Below are positions 17,981 to 27,483 of a stretch of DNA of 32,000 nt, piece by piece. Origin of the DNA: Promethearchaeum syntrophicum. Its GTDB lineage: Archaea; Asgardarchaeota; Lokiarchaeia; Sigyniarchaeales; Promethearchaeaceae. Position 1 is the first letter of the stretch. Each line of letters starts with the position of its first letter. Location of the stretch: positions 750,001-782,000 of the forward strand of contig NZ_CP042905.2 in the NCBI RefSeq assembly GCF_008000775.2. Direction: 5' to 3'. The notes beneath the pieces were generated by a model. It did not search any database, was not told the origin of the DNA, and worked only from the letters and a program-made list of their open reading frames with translations. A program made the translations under genes and the position numbers.

Positions 17981-19225
17981 TTATTTAAGAAGAGAAAAAT
18001 CCGAATTCAAAGGGATTTCTAATCGCTGGGAAATTTTTTGGAGAACGGAATCGTTGGCAGAAACAACATTTTCGAGCAATTTTCTATCATCAAAATTAGC
18101 TTCCCAAATCAAACGTTCAATTTCACCTTCATTAAGAGATTGTGGATTAGAAACATATTGTTGGGCGAGTTCGTGGGATGATTTTTTATAGAATTTTTTG
18201 GCTTCATTAACAATTTCGATTAGATTGTAATATGAAGGATTATATTTTTTTATGATTTCTAATCCTTTGGGGCACAAATTCACAGTGGGCATTGCTTTGG
18301 AGAGAAATTGTTTGAAGAAGCGATCATTAATTCCGTGCAGAGTGCGGATAGGATTGTTTTTTCGGATAATAATACAAGATGAAAATGCTACGTTGGGTAA
18401 AAATTTGAGATGTGAAAGGTGATTGTGCGAAATATCGATTTTCAATAATTTCGGAAGTTCATTAGGCATACCTTTTAGGCTGGTTAGATTATTGCGAGCG
18501 AGTATTAATTCTTTGAGTGTGGGCATGTCTTCGGGGAGATATTGTAGATTAGTGATGTGAGTGCCGGAAATTTCGATTTTTTCGACATTAGGTAGGGATT
18601 CGGGCAGATTTTTTAAAGATTTGATGGGAATATGTTTGATTTTCATGTGTTTAAGATTTGGAAGAAGTGATGGAATTCCTTCAAGATTTTTAATGGGAAT
18701 CGAATCTAAAAAAATTCTGTCTAATTTCGGTAAATCTTCGGGTATTCCGTTAAGATAAGACACTTCGCATTTGCTGATAAAAAATCGTTCTAAAGATGGC
18801 ATTGTTTTTGAAAGTGGAGATAAATCAGAAATTTGAGGAGATTTGATATTGAGAATTTTTAGATTTGGGAGTTCTTCTGGGAATCCTTTAAGTGATTTAA
18901 AATCGGAGGTATTTATTATAAAAGTTTTAAGATTGGGTAAAATTTGAGGTATATTTTCTAAATCGGTTATAGAATTAGGAGGAAAATCGAATGTATTTAT
19001 TAAAGTTGCAGTTGGATAGTTATGATAAATATCTTTGATATGTACTTTATCCGATTTCTTATTATTATTTAAAGATGCAATATATAGAAATTCGGATTTC
19101 TCATTCACATCATCCCAGAAGTGCTGAGGATCTTTATATTTTTCCGGGCGTGTTCTCTTCATATTTTTTTCCTTCATCTCTATCAACCATATCGAGTAAA
19201 ACCTTTTAAATTTAAGTTGTCCCAT
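17981..19225 (-). CDS. Leucine-rich-repeat protein (about 23-aa repeats) with a C-terminal module shared with 4013-5296
   Basis: Repeats LPNLKHMKIKHIPIKSLKNLPESLPNVEKIEISGTHITNLQYLPEDMPTLKELILARNNLTSLKGMPNELPKLLKIDISHNHLSHL; C-terminal NLCPKG...AKKFYKKSSHELAQQYVSNPQSLNEGEIERLIWEAN. Confidence 0.93.
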   Translation of the reverse strand: MGQLKFKRFYSIWLIEMKEKNMKRTRPEKYKDPQHFWDDVNEKSEFLYIASLNNNKKSDKVHIKDIYHNYPTATLINTFDFPPNSITDLENIPQILPNLKTFIINTSDFKSLKGFPEELPNLKILNIKSPQISDLSPLSKTMPSLERFFISKCEVSYLNGIPEDLPKLDRIFLDSIPIKNLEGIPSLLPNLKHMKIKHIPIKSLKNLPESLPNVEKIEISGTHITNLQYLPEDMPTLKELILARNNLTSLKGMPNELPKLLKIDISHNHLSHLKFLPNVAFSSCIIIRKNNPIRTLHGINDRFFKQFLSKAMPTVNLCPKGLEIIKKYNPSYYNLIEIVNEAKKFYKKSSHELAQQYVSNPQSLNEGEIERLIWEANFDDRKLLENVVSANDSVLQKISQRLEIPLNSDFSLLK

Positions 19226-19365
19226 GGATTTTTATAATATATCATAACATTAACATAAAATAATAATAATAAAAAAAATGTAAATTACTCTGATAATCTC
19301 CCCTTTAATTCTTTATTTTTTTCACCATAACTGCTTGGGTGGTTTTATAATAAGAATCCTAAAAA

Positions 19366-21174
19366 ATGAAAAGAAATCAATGGGTGCCTCCCATCATGAA
19401 AAAAAAAATAAAAAATATCATTGATACACGAAAGATCGTTATTTTTCTATTTTTAATCGGAATTATCAGCCAAAATATCCCTCAACTAAACCAAAAAGGT
19501 CAGAATCCGACAACATACATCGAAACCCCAACAAACTTTCTACAATTCAATACCATTAATTCACCGCCTCAGACTGCCGATCAAGGATTTGATCTCCAAG
19601 AAATTGGTGAATGGCATGATACCGATAGTGATTCGAGATGCGTTGTGGTTAAGGATGGGTTTGCCTACGTGGGTGGAAACAATAATGGATTTCAAGTAAT
19701 TAATGTTTCATCACCATCTGATCCGCTAAATATATCAGAATATGATCTCGGAAGAGATATTAATGATATTTGTATTCAAGGAGATTATTTATATTTAGCA
19801 GAAGCAGGATGGGGATTATATATTTATGATCTTACAAACGCTTCTAACCTAATAGAGATGGGACATAAGACAATTTATTATTTCGCTTTAGGTGTTTCTG
19901 TTCAAGATGATTTTGTATATTTAACATGTAGCTACGGATTAGTTATTGTTAATGCTTCTAATCCTACAAATCCATTCATTATTGGTGAATATGAAGCAAT
20001 TGCCCCGGTTCAAAATGTAGAGATTAAAGGTAATTATGCTTATCTTTTAGAAGAATTTAATCGTATAGAAATCGTTGATATATCAGATCCCGAAAATATT
20101 ATTAAAGTATCTCAGATCAATGCTAAAGTGTATGATCTATTCATCGATGAAGAATATGGCTATATTGCATGTTATGAGGGATTGATTATTACAGATATTT
20201 CAGATCCCGAAAATCCATTTGAAGTCGGATCCTTAAAGGAATCATTTTCTGCATCAAAAATTTTCATTAATAATCCTTATGCTTATGTTTTGGTTGGAGA
20301 TGATGGATTATTAGTACTAGATATTTCAGATCCCGAAAATCCATTTGAAGTTGATCATCTTGACAATGGAAAATATACTTATGATGTTTTTGCTGAAGGA
20401 AATTATATTTATGTTGCCAATGGCACATCTGGATTGGAAATCATTTATGATGGAGATTTTGACAATGATCACCTTTCGGATGATGATGAAATAGTAAATG
20501 GTTGCGATCCTTATGATTGGGACACCGACAACGATCTTATGCCTGATGGATGGGAAGTCCTTCATTCACTTGATCCGCTAGATCCCAATGCCGATGAAGA
20601 TCCCGATAACGATAATTTGAATAATATTGGAGAATACACTCATGGCACAAATCCGAATAACGATGACACTGATTCCGACAACTTAACGGACGGGGTTGAA
20701 GTTTCGACATATTTTACTGATCCTCTTAATCCCGATACAGATGAAGATGGGCTGACAGACGGAGAAGAAATCTACACATATTTCACAAACCCCAGAAGTG
20801 AAGACACCGATGGAGATGGATTATTCGATGAAGAAGAAATAAATAATTATTTTACCGATCCAAATAATAATGACACCGATTTTGATAATCTAAATGATAG
20901 GATGGAACTTTTTCACGAAACAGACCCCCTTAATCCCGACAGTGACGGAGATGGGCTGACGGACGGAGAAGAAATTTACATATATTTCACAAACCCCAGA
21001 AGCGAAGACACCGATGGAGATGGTTGGAGTGATAAACAAGAAATTAACCGCGGAACCGATCCTAATGACGAGAATGATCCGCAAAATCCCTTTCTATATG
21101 GGCTTTACTTCGCCGCTCCTATTCTTTCGATTGGCATTGTGTCCGCAGTTTTGGTTAAAAAATTTAAAAAATGA
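19366..21174 (+). CDS. Surface-anchored LVIVD-repeat protein with calcium-binding thrombospondin-type-3-like repeats and a C-terminal transmembrane anchor
   Basis: Signal-like IVIFLFLIGIISQ; repeats YGLVIVNASNPTNPF, EGLIITDISDPENPFEVGS, DGLLVLDISDPENPFEVDH; D-rich repeats DPLNPDTDEDGLTDGEEIYTYFTNPRSEDTDGDG; C-terminal YFAAPILSIGIVSAVLVKKFKK. Confidence 0.9.
   Translation: MKRNQWVPPIMKKKIKNIIDTRKIVIFLFLIGIISQNIPQLNQKGQNPTTYIETPTNFLQFNTINSPPQTADQGFDLQEIGEWHDTDSDSRCVVVKDGFAYVGGNNNGFQVINVSSPSDPLNISEYDLGRDINDICIQGDYLYLAEAGWGLYIYDLTNASNLIEMGHKTIYYFALGVSVQDDFVYLTCSYGLVIVNASNPTNPFIIGEYEAIAPVQNVEIKGNYAYLLEEFNRIEIVDISDPENIIKVSQINAKVYDLFIDEEYGYIACYEGLIITDISDPENPFEVGSLKESFSASKIFINNPYAYVLVGDDGLLVLDISDPENPFEVDHLDNGKYTYDVFAEGNYIYVANGTSGLEIIYDGDFDNDHLSDDDEIVNGCDPYDWDTDNDLMPDGWEVLHSLDPLDPNADEDPDNDNLNNIGEYTHGTNPNNDDTDSDNLTDGVEVSTYFTDPLNPDTDEDGLTDGEEIYTYFTNPRSEDTDGDGLFDEEEINNYFTDPNNNDTDFDNLNDRMELFHETDPLNPDSDGDGLTDGEEIYIYFTNPRSEDTDGDGWSDKQEINRGTDPNDENDPQNPFLYGLYFAAPILSIGIVSAVLVKKFKK
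20725..20819 (+). repeat. 95-bp direct repeat, copy 1, inside the TSP3-like region
   Basis: cttaatcccgatacagatgaagatgggctgacagacggagaagaaatctacacatatttcacaaaccccagaagtgaagacaccgatggagatgg; near-identical copy 204 bp (68 codons) downstream. Confidence 0.85.
20929..21023 (+). repeat. 95-bp direct repeat, copy 2
   Basis: cttaatcccgacagtgacggagatgggctgacggacggagaagaaatttacatatatttcacaaaccccagaagcgaagacaccgatggagatgg; differs from copy 1 at only a few positions. Confidence 0.85.
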
Positions 21175-21474
21175 TTCCTACCATTTTTTGATATAAAACT
21201 AGATGAACTAAGCAAATTCGGATATCCTAAATGTAAGTTTCCCCCGCAACATGCATCAATTGAAGTAGATTACACTTTTTAGGAGATAAATAATATGAAT
21301 GAGATTACATGTTAGATGAAGATTTCAAAGTAGAATCTGCACGTGAATTTATCGAAGGGTAATCACCCTATGAAGAAGACTTCCTAATCCCCAGATCAAA
21401 TTTGACTGTTTGCCTCATTTCAAAATTAAAAAAGGAGTTGCAATATGCTTCCTTCTTGTTAAAATTTCTGCATG

Positions 21475-21906
21475 TTAAATCATTTTACTTTTCATTGGAC
21501 GTTCCACATGCACACTAATTGCATTGCCTTTTTCGATTAATATTTTTTCAAAGTCATCAACCGGCATCTCTGGAATGGGACTTATTACTGACCACTCGGC
21601 AGTTTGCCCTTTTTTAATTACAACTGTTTGACCATATAAAAGAGAAAGCCCAAGTTCCCCAAATACCTTTGATACTTGGCTTAATGCTCCGGGAGTATCT
21701 GGAATAATTACCTTTATACGCATGAAAGTTTGATCTTCCGAAAAAGGTAATGGGATAATGCGTAATTCATTTTCCTCTGAATCCGAAATCAACATTATAT
21801 ATGAATTTTCTTTGAGTCCTAGCGCTTTCCGCATAGACCGAGGGATTACAATCCTCCCGCGGCTATCAATCTTCAATATCTCGGTTTCCTTCAAATTTTG
21901 GTACAC
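21475..21906 (-). CDS. AbrB/MazE-type DNA-binding domain fused to an ACT domain; putative small-molecule-responsive regulator
   Basis: EILKIDSRGRIVIPRSMRKALGLKENSYIMLI (AbrB-like), then MRIKVIIPDTPGALSQVSKVFGELGLSLLYGQTVV (ACT-like). Confidence 0.88.
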   Translation of the reverse strand: MYQNLKETEILKIDSRGRIVIPRSMRKALGLKENSYIMLISDSEENELRIIPLPFSEDQTFMRIKVIIPDTPGALSQVSKVFGELGLSLLYGQTVVIKKGQTAEWSVISPIPEMPVDDFEKILIEKGNAISVHVERPMKSKMI

Positions 21907-22154
21907 CTAACTTAGTTATTGTATGAATATAATTACTTTATTAAAATTGAGATAAAAACCTTTATTAATGTTAGCCTATCATCATAGATTTTAGGAAGTC
22001 GATGAAGAATTAGTGAAATTTCTAAAAATTTTTTTTATATTTAAGAAATAAATATTAAAGCTGTAAATCAATTATTCTAATAAGAACTACTATGGAATTT
22101 TTTATTTATCCAACACATCGGTTCTAAAAAATACATAAGCGTAGTGAGTTTATT

Positions 22155-22706
22155 ATGTCACAAGATGATATGAAGGGTGAAATTCGCCAGCTAGTAATGC
22201 TGATGTCTTCAATTCGAGCAAAGGATGACTCGAGATATGAAGAACACGTTAATTTTAATAAAGAAATTATTGAATTCATTAAAAAAATTGAAGAAAACAT
22301 GAATTCTAATTGGGTAAAAATTCAGAAAAGTCTTGAAAATCTAAATGTTAAAATAGAAGAGTCATTAGATTCGTTATTAACAGGAATTAATCCTGATGGT
22401 ATTCGAGAAACTAGTAAATCTTTAAAAGACATTATGGTAACCATGGAAAAATCAATTACATCAATGAATTTGGAAAATGTAATGAGAGAACTGCGTGGTA
22501 TGTCGGGAAAAGGAATCAAAATTTCTTCAACTAGAACCGGTTCAGGAGCTGCTGAAACGGAAGATGAAGCTGAAGAAGATGCAGAATTAATTTCATCCTC
22601 TAAGGAAATATATGGATTTGTTCCTGATCATTTAAAAAAGAAGAAAAAGAAGAAAAAAGAAGATGAACCTCATCTATTAAAACCCAGCGATTTCTTTGGA
22701 AGCTGA
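22155..22706 (+). CDS. Uncharacterised coiled-coil protein with an acidic/poly-lysine linker and a short C-terminal motif LLKPSDFFGS
   Basis: 183-aa ORF with heptad-like N-terminal half and KKKKKKKKEDEPHLLKPSDFFGS terminus. Confidence 0.75.
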   Translation: MSQDDMKGEIRQLVMLMSSIRAKDDSRYEEHVNFNKEIIEFIKKIEENMNSNWVKIQKSLENLNVKIEESLDSLLTGINPDGIRETSKSLKDIMVTMEKSITSMNLENVMRELRGMSGKGIKISSTRTGSGAAETEDEAEEDAELISSSKEIYGFVPDHLKKKKKKKKEDEPHLLKPSDFFGS

Positions 22707-23393
22707 TTGTTCCCCTTTTTTATATAAATAATAAAATCTTTTTATAGAAATTTGTCCAGGAGCAGTGTGTAAAGTTTCTTCTAGTTTTGCATATGAAATA
22801 ATCGCGCCTTTTGTTATACTAAAAATTCGGGAGAAGAGGCCTTTTTTTCCCATATTAAAACAAATAAAGTTAATATTTAGGTCATCCAATTTATTGCATA
22901 TATTTAAAATTGTTTTATTATCTTGGAAAGTTTGAGCGAAAAAGACCATTTTTAGAATGGATCGTGGTATACTCTTATTCAAGGAACTATTTTCTAAGCT
23001 TGGGCATTTTTTAACAATTTTTGAGACCATCTTCATTAAATCTTGCTCATTTGGAGTAGATTTAAAATCATGGTAAGAAAAAATCACACCCACTCCATTT
23101 TTTATGGCTATCGAATAAATTAACTTCAAATTATCTTTAGTATTATGGGTTTCTATGTCAACAAATGAAGGTTTCGCCTCGATACATTTCTTTATCAGTT
23201 CAATAGTTTTTTGTTCTGGAATTTTCAGTTGAATTTCTTCATTTACTTCCTTCAAAGTTAGTATTACTGGAACGGGAACTGATTTAACAAGTTTCGATAG
23301 TTTAGATGAATTAATTTCCGTGATTTTTTTATAATAATCCAAGCGGAATTCAATGTATTGAGCATTTCTTTTCACTGCAATTTTAGCATTCAA
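22677..23393 (-). CDS. aroD: 3-dehydroquinate dehydratase, type I (true N-terminus probably further upstream)
   Basis: AQYIEFRLDYY, SFVDIETHN, VIFSYHDFKSTPNEQDL, LKMVFFAQTFQDN, MGKKGLFSRI, TAPGQIS; adjacent to aroE. Confidence 0.88.
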   Translation of the reverse strand: MNAKIAVKRNAQYIEFRLDYYKKITEINSSKLSKLVKSVPVPVILTLKEVNEEIQLKIPEQKTIELIKKCIEAKPSFVDIETHNTKDNLKLIYSIAIKNGVGVIFSYHDFKSTPNEQDLMKMVSKIVKKCPSLENSSLNKSIPRSILKMVFFAQTFQDNKTILNICNKLDDLNINFICFNMGKKGLFSRIFSITKGAIISYAKLEETLHTAPGQISIKRFYYLYKKGEQSASKEIAGF

Positions 23394-23485
23394 TTTAGCT
23401 TTTAATATAGAAAAAACTGGAATTGCTACACAAATTGGAAGTGGATTATTTATTTTGTTTCCCCCTAAAGTTAATGTTACCCAAA

Positions 23486-24355
23486 CTATTTTAATTTCTC
23501 TAATTCAGCTATAACTACTTGTTTCATTAATTTCTTGTCCGGAGAAAATCCAGTCCACCATTCAAAAGCAATTATTCCTTGATTTATTAACATACCAACT
23601 CCAGATAGTACATTACATCCAATTGATGAGGCATCTTGTAATAATTTTGTATGAATGGGGGAATAAATTAAATCAACAACAAATAAATTCGGATGGAGCC
23701 ATAACGGATTAACCGGACTTACATTTACCTTTGGATACATTCCGACAGGTGTTGTATTAACAAGCATATCAGAATCCGCAATTTCTTTCTTAATTTCTTC
23801 TTTTTTCGATAAATTAATACCCTTAATAGAAATAGAATAATTTGAATTTAATTTTGATATTAGATCATTCATTCTTGCATCGGATCTGTTAATAATTGTA
23901 ATTTTGTCAACTTCCTTTGCTAGATAGAAAGCACAGGCTCGAGCTGCTCCACCTGCACCGAAAAGCACTACTTTTTTATTCTTTATGTTATAACCTGATT
24001 CTTTAACTGATTTTAAGAAACCTTCACCATCAGTATTTCGACCAATAAGTATTCCATCCTCATTTTTAATTGTGTTTATTGCACCAATCATTTCGGCCAT
24101 GGGTTCAATTATATCTAGATATTTCATAACAGAGATCTTATGAGGAATGGTTATGCTCGCTCCCTTGATGTTTAATGATTTTAATCCATCAATTGCATTT
24201 GATAAATCATTTGGAAAAACATTAAATGCAATATATCTATAATCAAGTTCTATTTTTTGAATAGCAGCGTTATGCATAATTACACTCAATGAGTGATCAA
24301 TTGGATGACCGATAATACAAAGGATTTTAGTTTTAGCTGTTAACATAATTCTCAA
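23486..24355 (-). CDS. aroE: Shikimate dehydrogenase
   Basis: IIGHPIDHSLSVIMHNAAIQ, GASITIPHKISVMKYLD, GAINTIKNEDGILIGRNTDGEGFL, VVLFGAGGAARACAFYLA, VNTTPVGMYP. Confidence 0.97.
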   Translation of the reverse strand: MRIMLTAKTKILCIIGHPIDHSLSVIMHNAAIQKIELDYRYIAFNVFPNDLSNAIDGLKSLNIKGASITIPHKISVMKYLDIIEPMAEMIGAINTIKNEDGILIGRNTDGEGFLKSVKESGYNIKNKKVVLFGAGGAARACAFYLAKEVDKITIINRSDARMNDLISKLNSNYSISIKGINLSKKEEIKKEIADSDMLVNTTPVGMYPKVNVSPVNPLWLHPNLFVVDLIYSPIHTKLLQDASSIGCNVLSGVGMLINQGIIAFEWWTGFSPDKKLMKQVVIAELEKLK

Positions 24356-24526
24356 TATTCTTTAATGGATTTTTTTTTATATAGAAAAGTTTTTAACTTT
24401 TTCTTATATTAATTTAAGTGTTCTTCTTTTTATAGAAGTCTCGTTAGAATTTAAGCAAATTACTTTTTTGCACTACATAAATCTATCTAATTATTCTAAT
24501 TACTATGAAATTTTGAGTTTTTAAAA

Positions 24527-26425
24527 ATGGATTCACTCGAAAAGTTACGCAAAATAATCAAGGAAAGTATTCCTAAATCTGCTGAAATCACCGATGTCCT
24601 TTATGAAGGGCCAGAAATCTCCGTATATTCAAAAAATGAGAATTTCATTGGAAATGATCATGCTGAAATTAAGAATTTAGTTAAAAAACTAAGAAAACGC
24701 ATAGTTGTGAGATCTGATCCTTCCATTCGTATAGATAATGATGAAACTGTTGCAGTGTTAAAGAAAATAATTCCTGAAGAAGCTGATATTACCAAGATCA
24801 TGTTTAATGAAAACTTGGGAGAGGTAATTGTTGAATGCCGCAAACCCGGTGTAGCGATAGGCAAAGCAGGAGAAAAATTAAAAGAAATCAAAAAACAAAC
24901 ATTTTGGATTCCAAGAGTAATTCGAACCCCTCCAATTGAATCTCGAACTGTCGCTTTAGTTAGATCAATGTTACAAAAAGAAAGGCAAAAACAAAAAAGC
25001 GAGTTCCAAAAAATTGGTAAAAGAATCCATCGCCAATCCATGAAAAGTAAACTAAATATAAAGGTAACTGCATTAGGTAGTTTTCGTGAAGTTGGAAGAT
25101 CTGCTATACTTATTCAAACGAATGAAAGTAGCATACTTTTAGATTGTGGATTAAATGTTGGAAATTCAAAAGATTTATACCCTCTTTTTGATAACGGTAA
25201 TTTTAATATTGAAGATTTAGACGCAGTAATTCTTTCGCATGCACATTTAGATCATTCAGGTTTAGTCCCATTTCTATATAAATATGGTTATGGAGGTCCT
25301 TTGTATTGCACAGAACCCACAATGCATTTATCTACAATGTTACAATTGGATTATTGCAATATTTGTGAACGAGAAGGAAAACCTGCACCTTATTCAAAAA
25401 AAGATATTAAGAACGCTGTTTTACATACTTTTTGCTTAGAATGGGGTAAAGTTACTGATATCACCCCCGATATTAAATTAACCTTACATAATGCTGGACA
25501 TATATTGGGCTCTTCATTGATTCACTTGCATTTTGGAAATGGGGATCATAACCTTGTGTTCACTGGAGATTATAAATTCCAAAGAACAAGATTATTTGAA
25601 GCGGCTTCATGCAAATTCCCGCGTTTAGAAACTTTAATAACGGAATCAACCTATGGTGGAATACAAGATGTTGTGCCTAGTAGATATGAATCTGAAAAAC
25701 AATTAATTCAAATTTTGAATTCTACATTGAGAAAAGGTGGAAAGGTTTTAATCCCTGTGTTAGCTGTTGGTCGCGCACAAGAAGTTATGGTGGTATTAGA
25801 AGACTTCATTTCGAGAAAAATGATTGATCCTGTTCCAATTTTTGTCGACGGAATGATTTCTGAAGCAACAGCCATTCACACGACTCACCCTGATTTTTTA
25901 AATTCTGAACTTCGAGAAAAAATATTCCATCAAGGCAAAAATCCTTTTACAAGTGAAATTTTCACTCAAGTAGATGGATATCAAGCACGTGATGATATTA
26001 TAGCCGGAGGTCCTTGTGTTATCATGGCCACATCTGGAATGCTACAAGGGGGTCCAAGTGTACAATATCTTAAAGGAATTGCTGATGATCCAAATAGTTC
26101 AATATTGTTCTGTTCTTATCAAGTTGAAGGAACTTTAGGTCGCCGAATTCAAAAAGGTTTTCGAGAATTCCAACATTATAGTTCAACAGGTAAACGTTCT
26201 TTAGTTAAAACTAAACTGGCCGTGTTTACTGTCGAAGGTTTTTCTGGCCATAGTTCTAGAAGTCAGATTATTTCATTTATAAGGAAAGTTAAACCTAGAC
26301 CAGAACGGGTTCTCACACTTCATGGAGAGGCCAGTAAATGTATGGGTTTAGCTTCTGTCATTCATAAAAGAATGAAAAGTGAAACGCGAAGTCTTCAAAA
26401 CGGAGAAACAATTGTCTTAAAATAA
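24527..26425 (+). CDS. KH-domain/metallo-beta-lactamase/beta-CASP ribonuclease, archaeal CPSF1-like termination factor (FttA)
   Basis: N-terminal KH-type segments (ECRKPGVAIGKAGEKLKEI), LDCGLNVG, HAHLDHSG, GDYKFQRTRLFE, ATSGMLQGGPSVQYLK, VEGFSGHSSR, LHGE. Confidence 0.97.
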   Translation: MDSLEKLRKIIKESIPKSAEITDVLYEGPEISVYSKNENFIGNDHAEIKNLVKKLRKRIVVRSDPSIRIDNDETVAVLKKIIPEEADITKIMFNENLGEVIVECRKPGVAIGKAGEKLKEIKKQTFWIPRVIRTPPIESRTVALVRSMLQKERQKQKSEFQKIGKRIHRQSMKSKLNIKVTALGSFREVGRSAILIQTNESSILLDCGLNVGNSKDLYPLFDNGNFNIEDLDAVILSHAHLDHSGLVPFLYKYGYGGPLYCTEPTMHLSTMLQLDYCNICEREGKPAPYSKKDIKNAVLHTFCLEWGKVTDITPDIKLTLHNAGHILGSSLIHLHFGNGDHNLVFTGDYKFQRTRLFEAASCKFPRLETLITESTYGGIQDVVPSRYESEKQLIQILNSTLRKGGKVLIPVLAVGRAQEVMVVLEDFISRKMIDPVPIFVDGMISEATAIHTTHPDFLNSELREKIFHQGKNPFTSEIFTQVDGYQARDDIIAGGPCVIMATSGMLQGGPSVQYLKGIADDPNSSILFCSYQVEGTLGRRIQKGFREFQHYSSTGKRSLVKTKLAVFTVEGFSGHSSRSQIISFIRKVKPRPERVLTLHGEASKCMGLASVIHKRMKSETRSLQNGETIVLK

Positions 26426-26519
26426 AAATCCAAATTTTTTCTTTCTTTCTCTTGAAATCAAATGTAAAAAAATTATTGTATAATAACCTTTTTTGGAAAA
26501 AATGGATTTAAAATTTTAA

Positions 26520-27479
26520 ATGGTTGATCAAAATTTAGAGAACAAACCTAAACGCATTCCAGTGCTTGCTATAAGCCGAAAAGTGATTCAAATTATATTT
26601 TTCTTCCTAATTAACTATGTTGCATTAGAAACAATTTTTAACGCGGATTTTTCATTATTAGAAGATCTTCTTAAAGTTCTCCCATTTTTACACTCAGCTA
26701 AAAGTTCTTGGACGGTGGGGGCAGGACTTTTAGAATATAGCTTCTATACAATATCTGAAGGACATTTTCCATTCTTCTTTATTGCAGTTATTTCTTTATT
26801 GGGTTTATTTGGTGGTAGGATATTCTGTGGATGGGCATGCCCAACAGGTTTTATCCAAGATTTACTTTACTCATTGTCTGGTGAAAATAAACGTTTTTCA
26901 TTAGAGGTAGACAGATCTTTGAAAAAAGTCAAATTCTTTGGTTTAATTGCTATGATTGTTCTTATCACTCCACTGGGTATTTACCGGATATCGGATGTAA
27001 CTGCTTATATAGGGTATGCAGATTTCTTAGGTGATTTAACTGATAACATGATTGCTCCGATATCCCTATCAGAATTTCTATTTGTGACATTTCCCGGTGT
27101 GATTCAATCAATTATTGAGAATGTTAATTTACAAGCTCTCTTTTCAGAAGGAAAAGCATGGAGTACCATTCTATTTTTCTTATATATTATAATCCTTGTA
27201 TTAAATGTATTCTGGCCACGAGCATATTGTAAATATTTATGTCCTTATGGAGCAGCAATTTCATTTTCAGCAAGATATTCATTGGTAAAATTACAACGAA
27301 AACCAACACGTTGTCCTGGAAGAAAAGAATGTGGAGTATGCGAAAAAGTATGTCCAATGCAAATAAGAATTTTGGATGAAGATTTCTCTGGTTTTACTGG
27401 AAAAGGAGAATGTACATTATGTTTAGAATGTATGGAAAAATGCCCACATGACGCTATTAAATGGCGATTCGGGGCTTAA
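26520..27479 (+). CDS. NapH/YccM-like polytopic membrane protein with 4Fe-4S ferredoxin domains
   Basis: FGGRIFCGWACPTGFIQDLLY, FWPRAYCKYLCPYGA, RCPGRKECGVCEKVCPMQ, CTLCLECMEKCPHDAIKW; multiple hydrophobic segments. Confidence 0.93.
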   Translation: MVDQNLENKPKRIPVLAISRKVIQIIFFFLINYVALETIFNADFSLLEDLLKVLPFLHSAKSSWTVGAGLLEYSFYTISEGHFPFFFIAVISLLGLFGGRIFCGWACPTGFIQDLLYSLSGENKRFSLEVDRSLKKVKFFGLIAMIVLITPLGIYRISDVTAYIGYADFLGDLTDNMIAPISLSEFLFVTFPGVIQSIIENVNLQALFSEGKAWSTILFFLYIIILVLNVFWPRAYCKYLCPYGAAISFSARYSLVKLQRKPTRCPGRKECGVCEKVCPMQIRILDEDFSGFTGKGECTLCLECMEKCPHDAIKWRFGA

Positions 27480-27483
27480 TTTT

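Noticed and set aside
22155-22706. C-terminal LLKPSDFFGS as a PCNA-binding PIP box
   Set aside because: PIP boxes need QxxLxxFF; here proline occupies the required hydrophobic position and the glutamine is absent.
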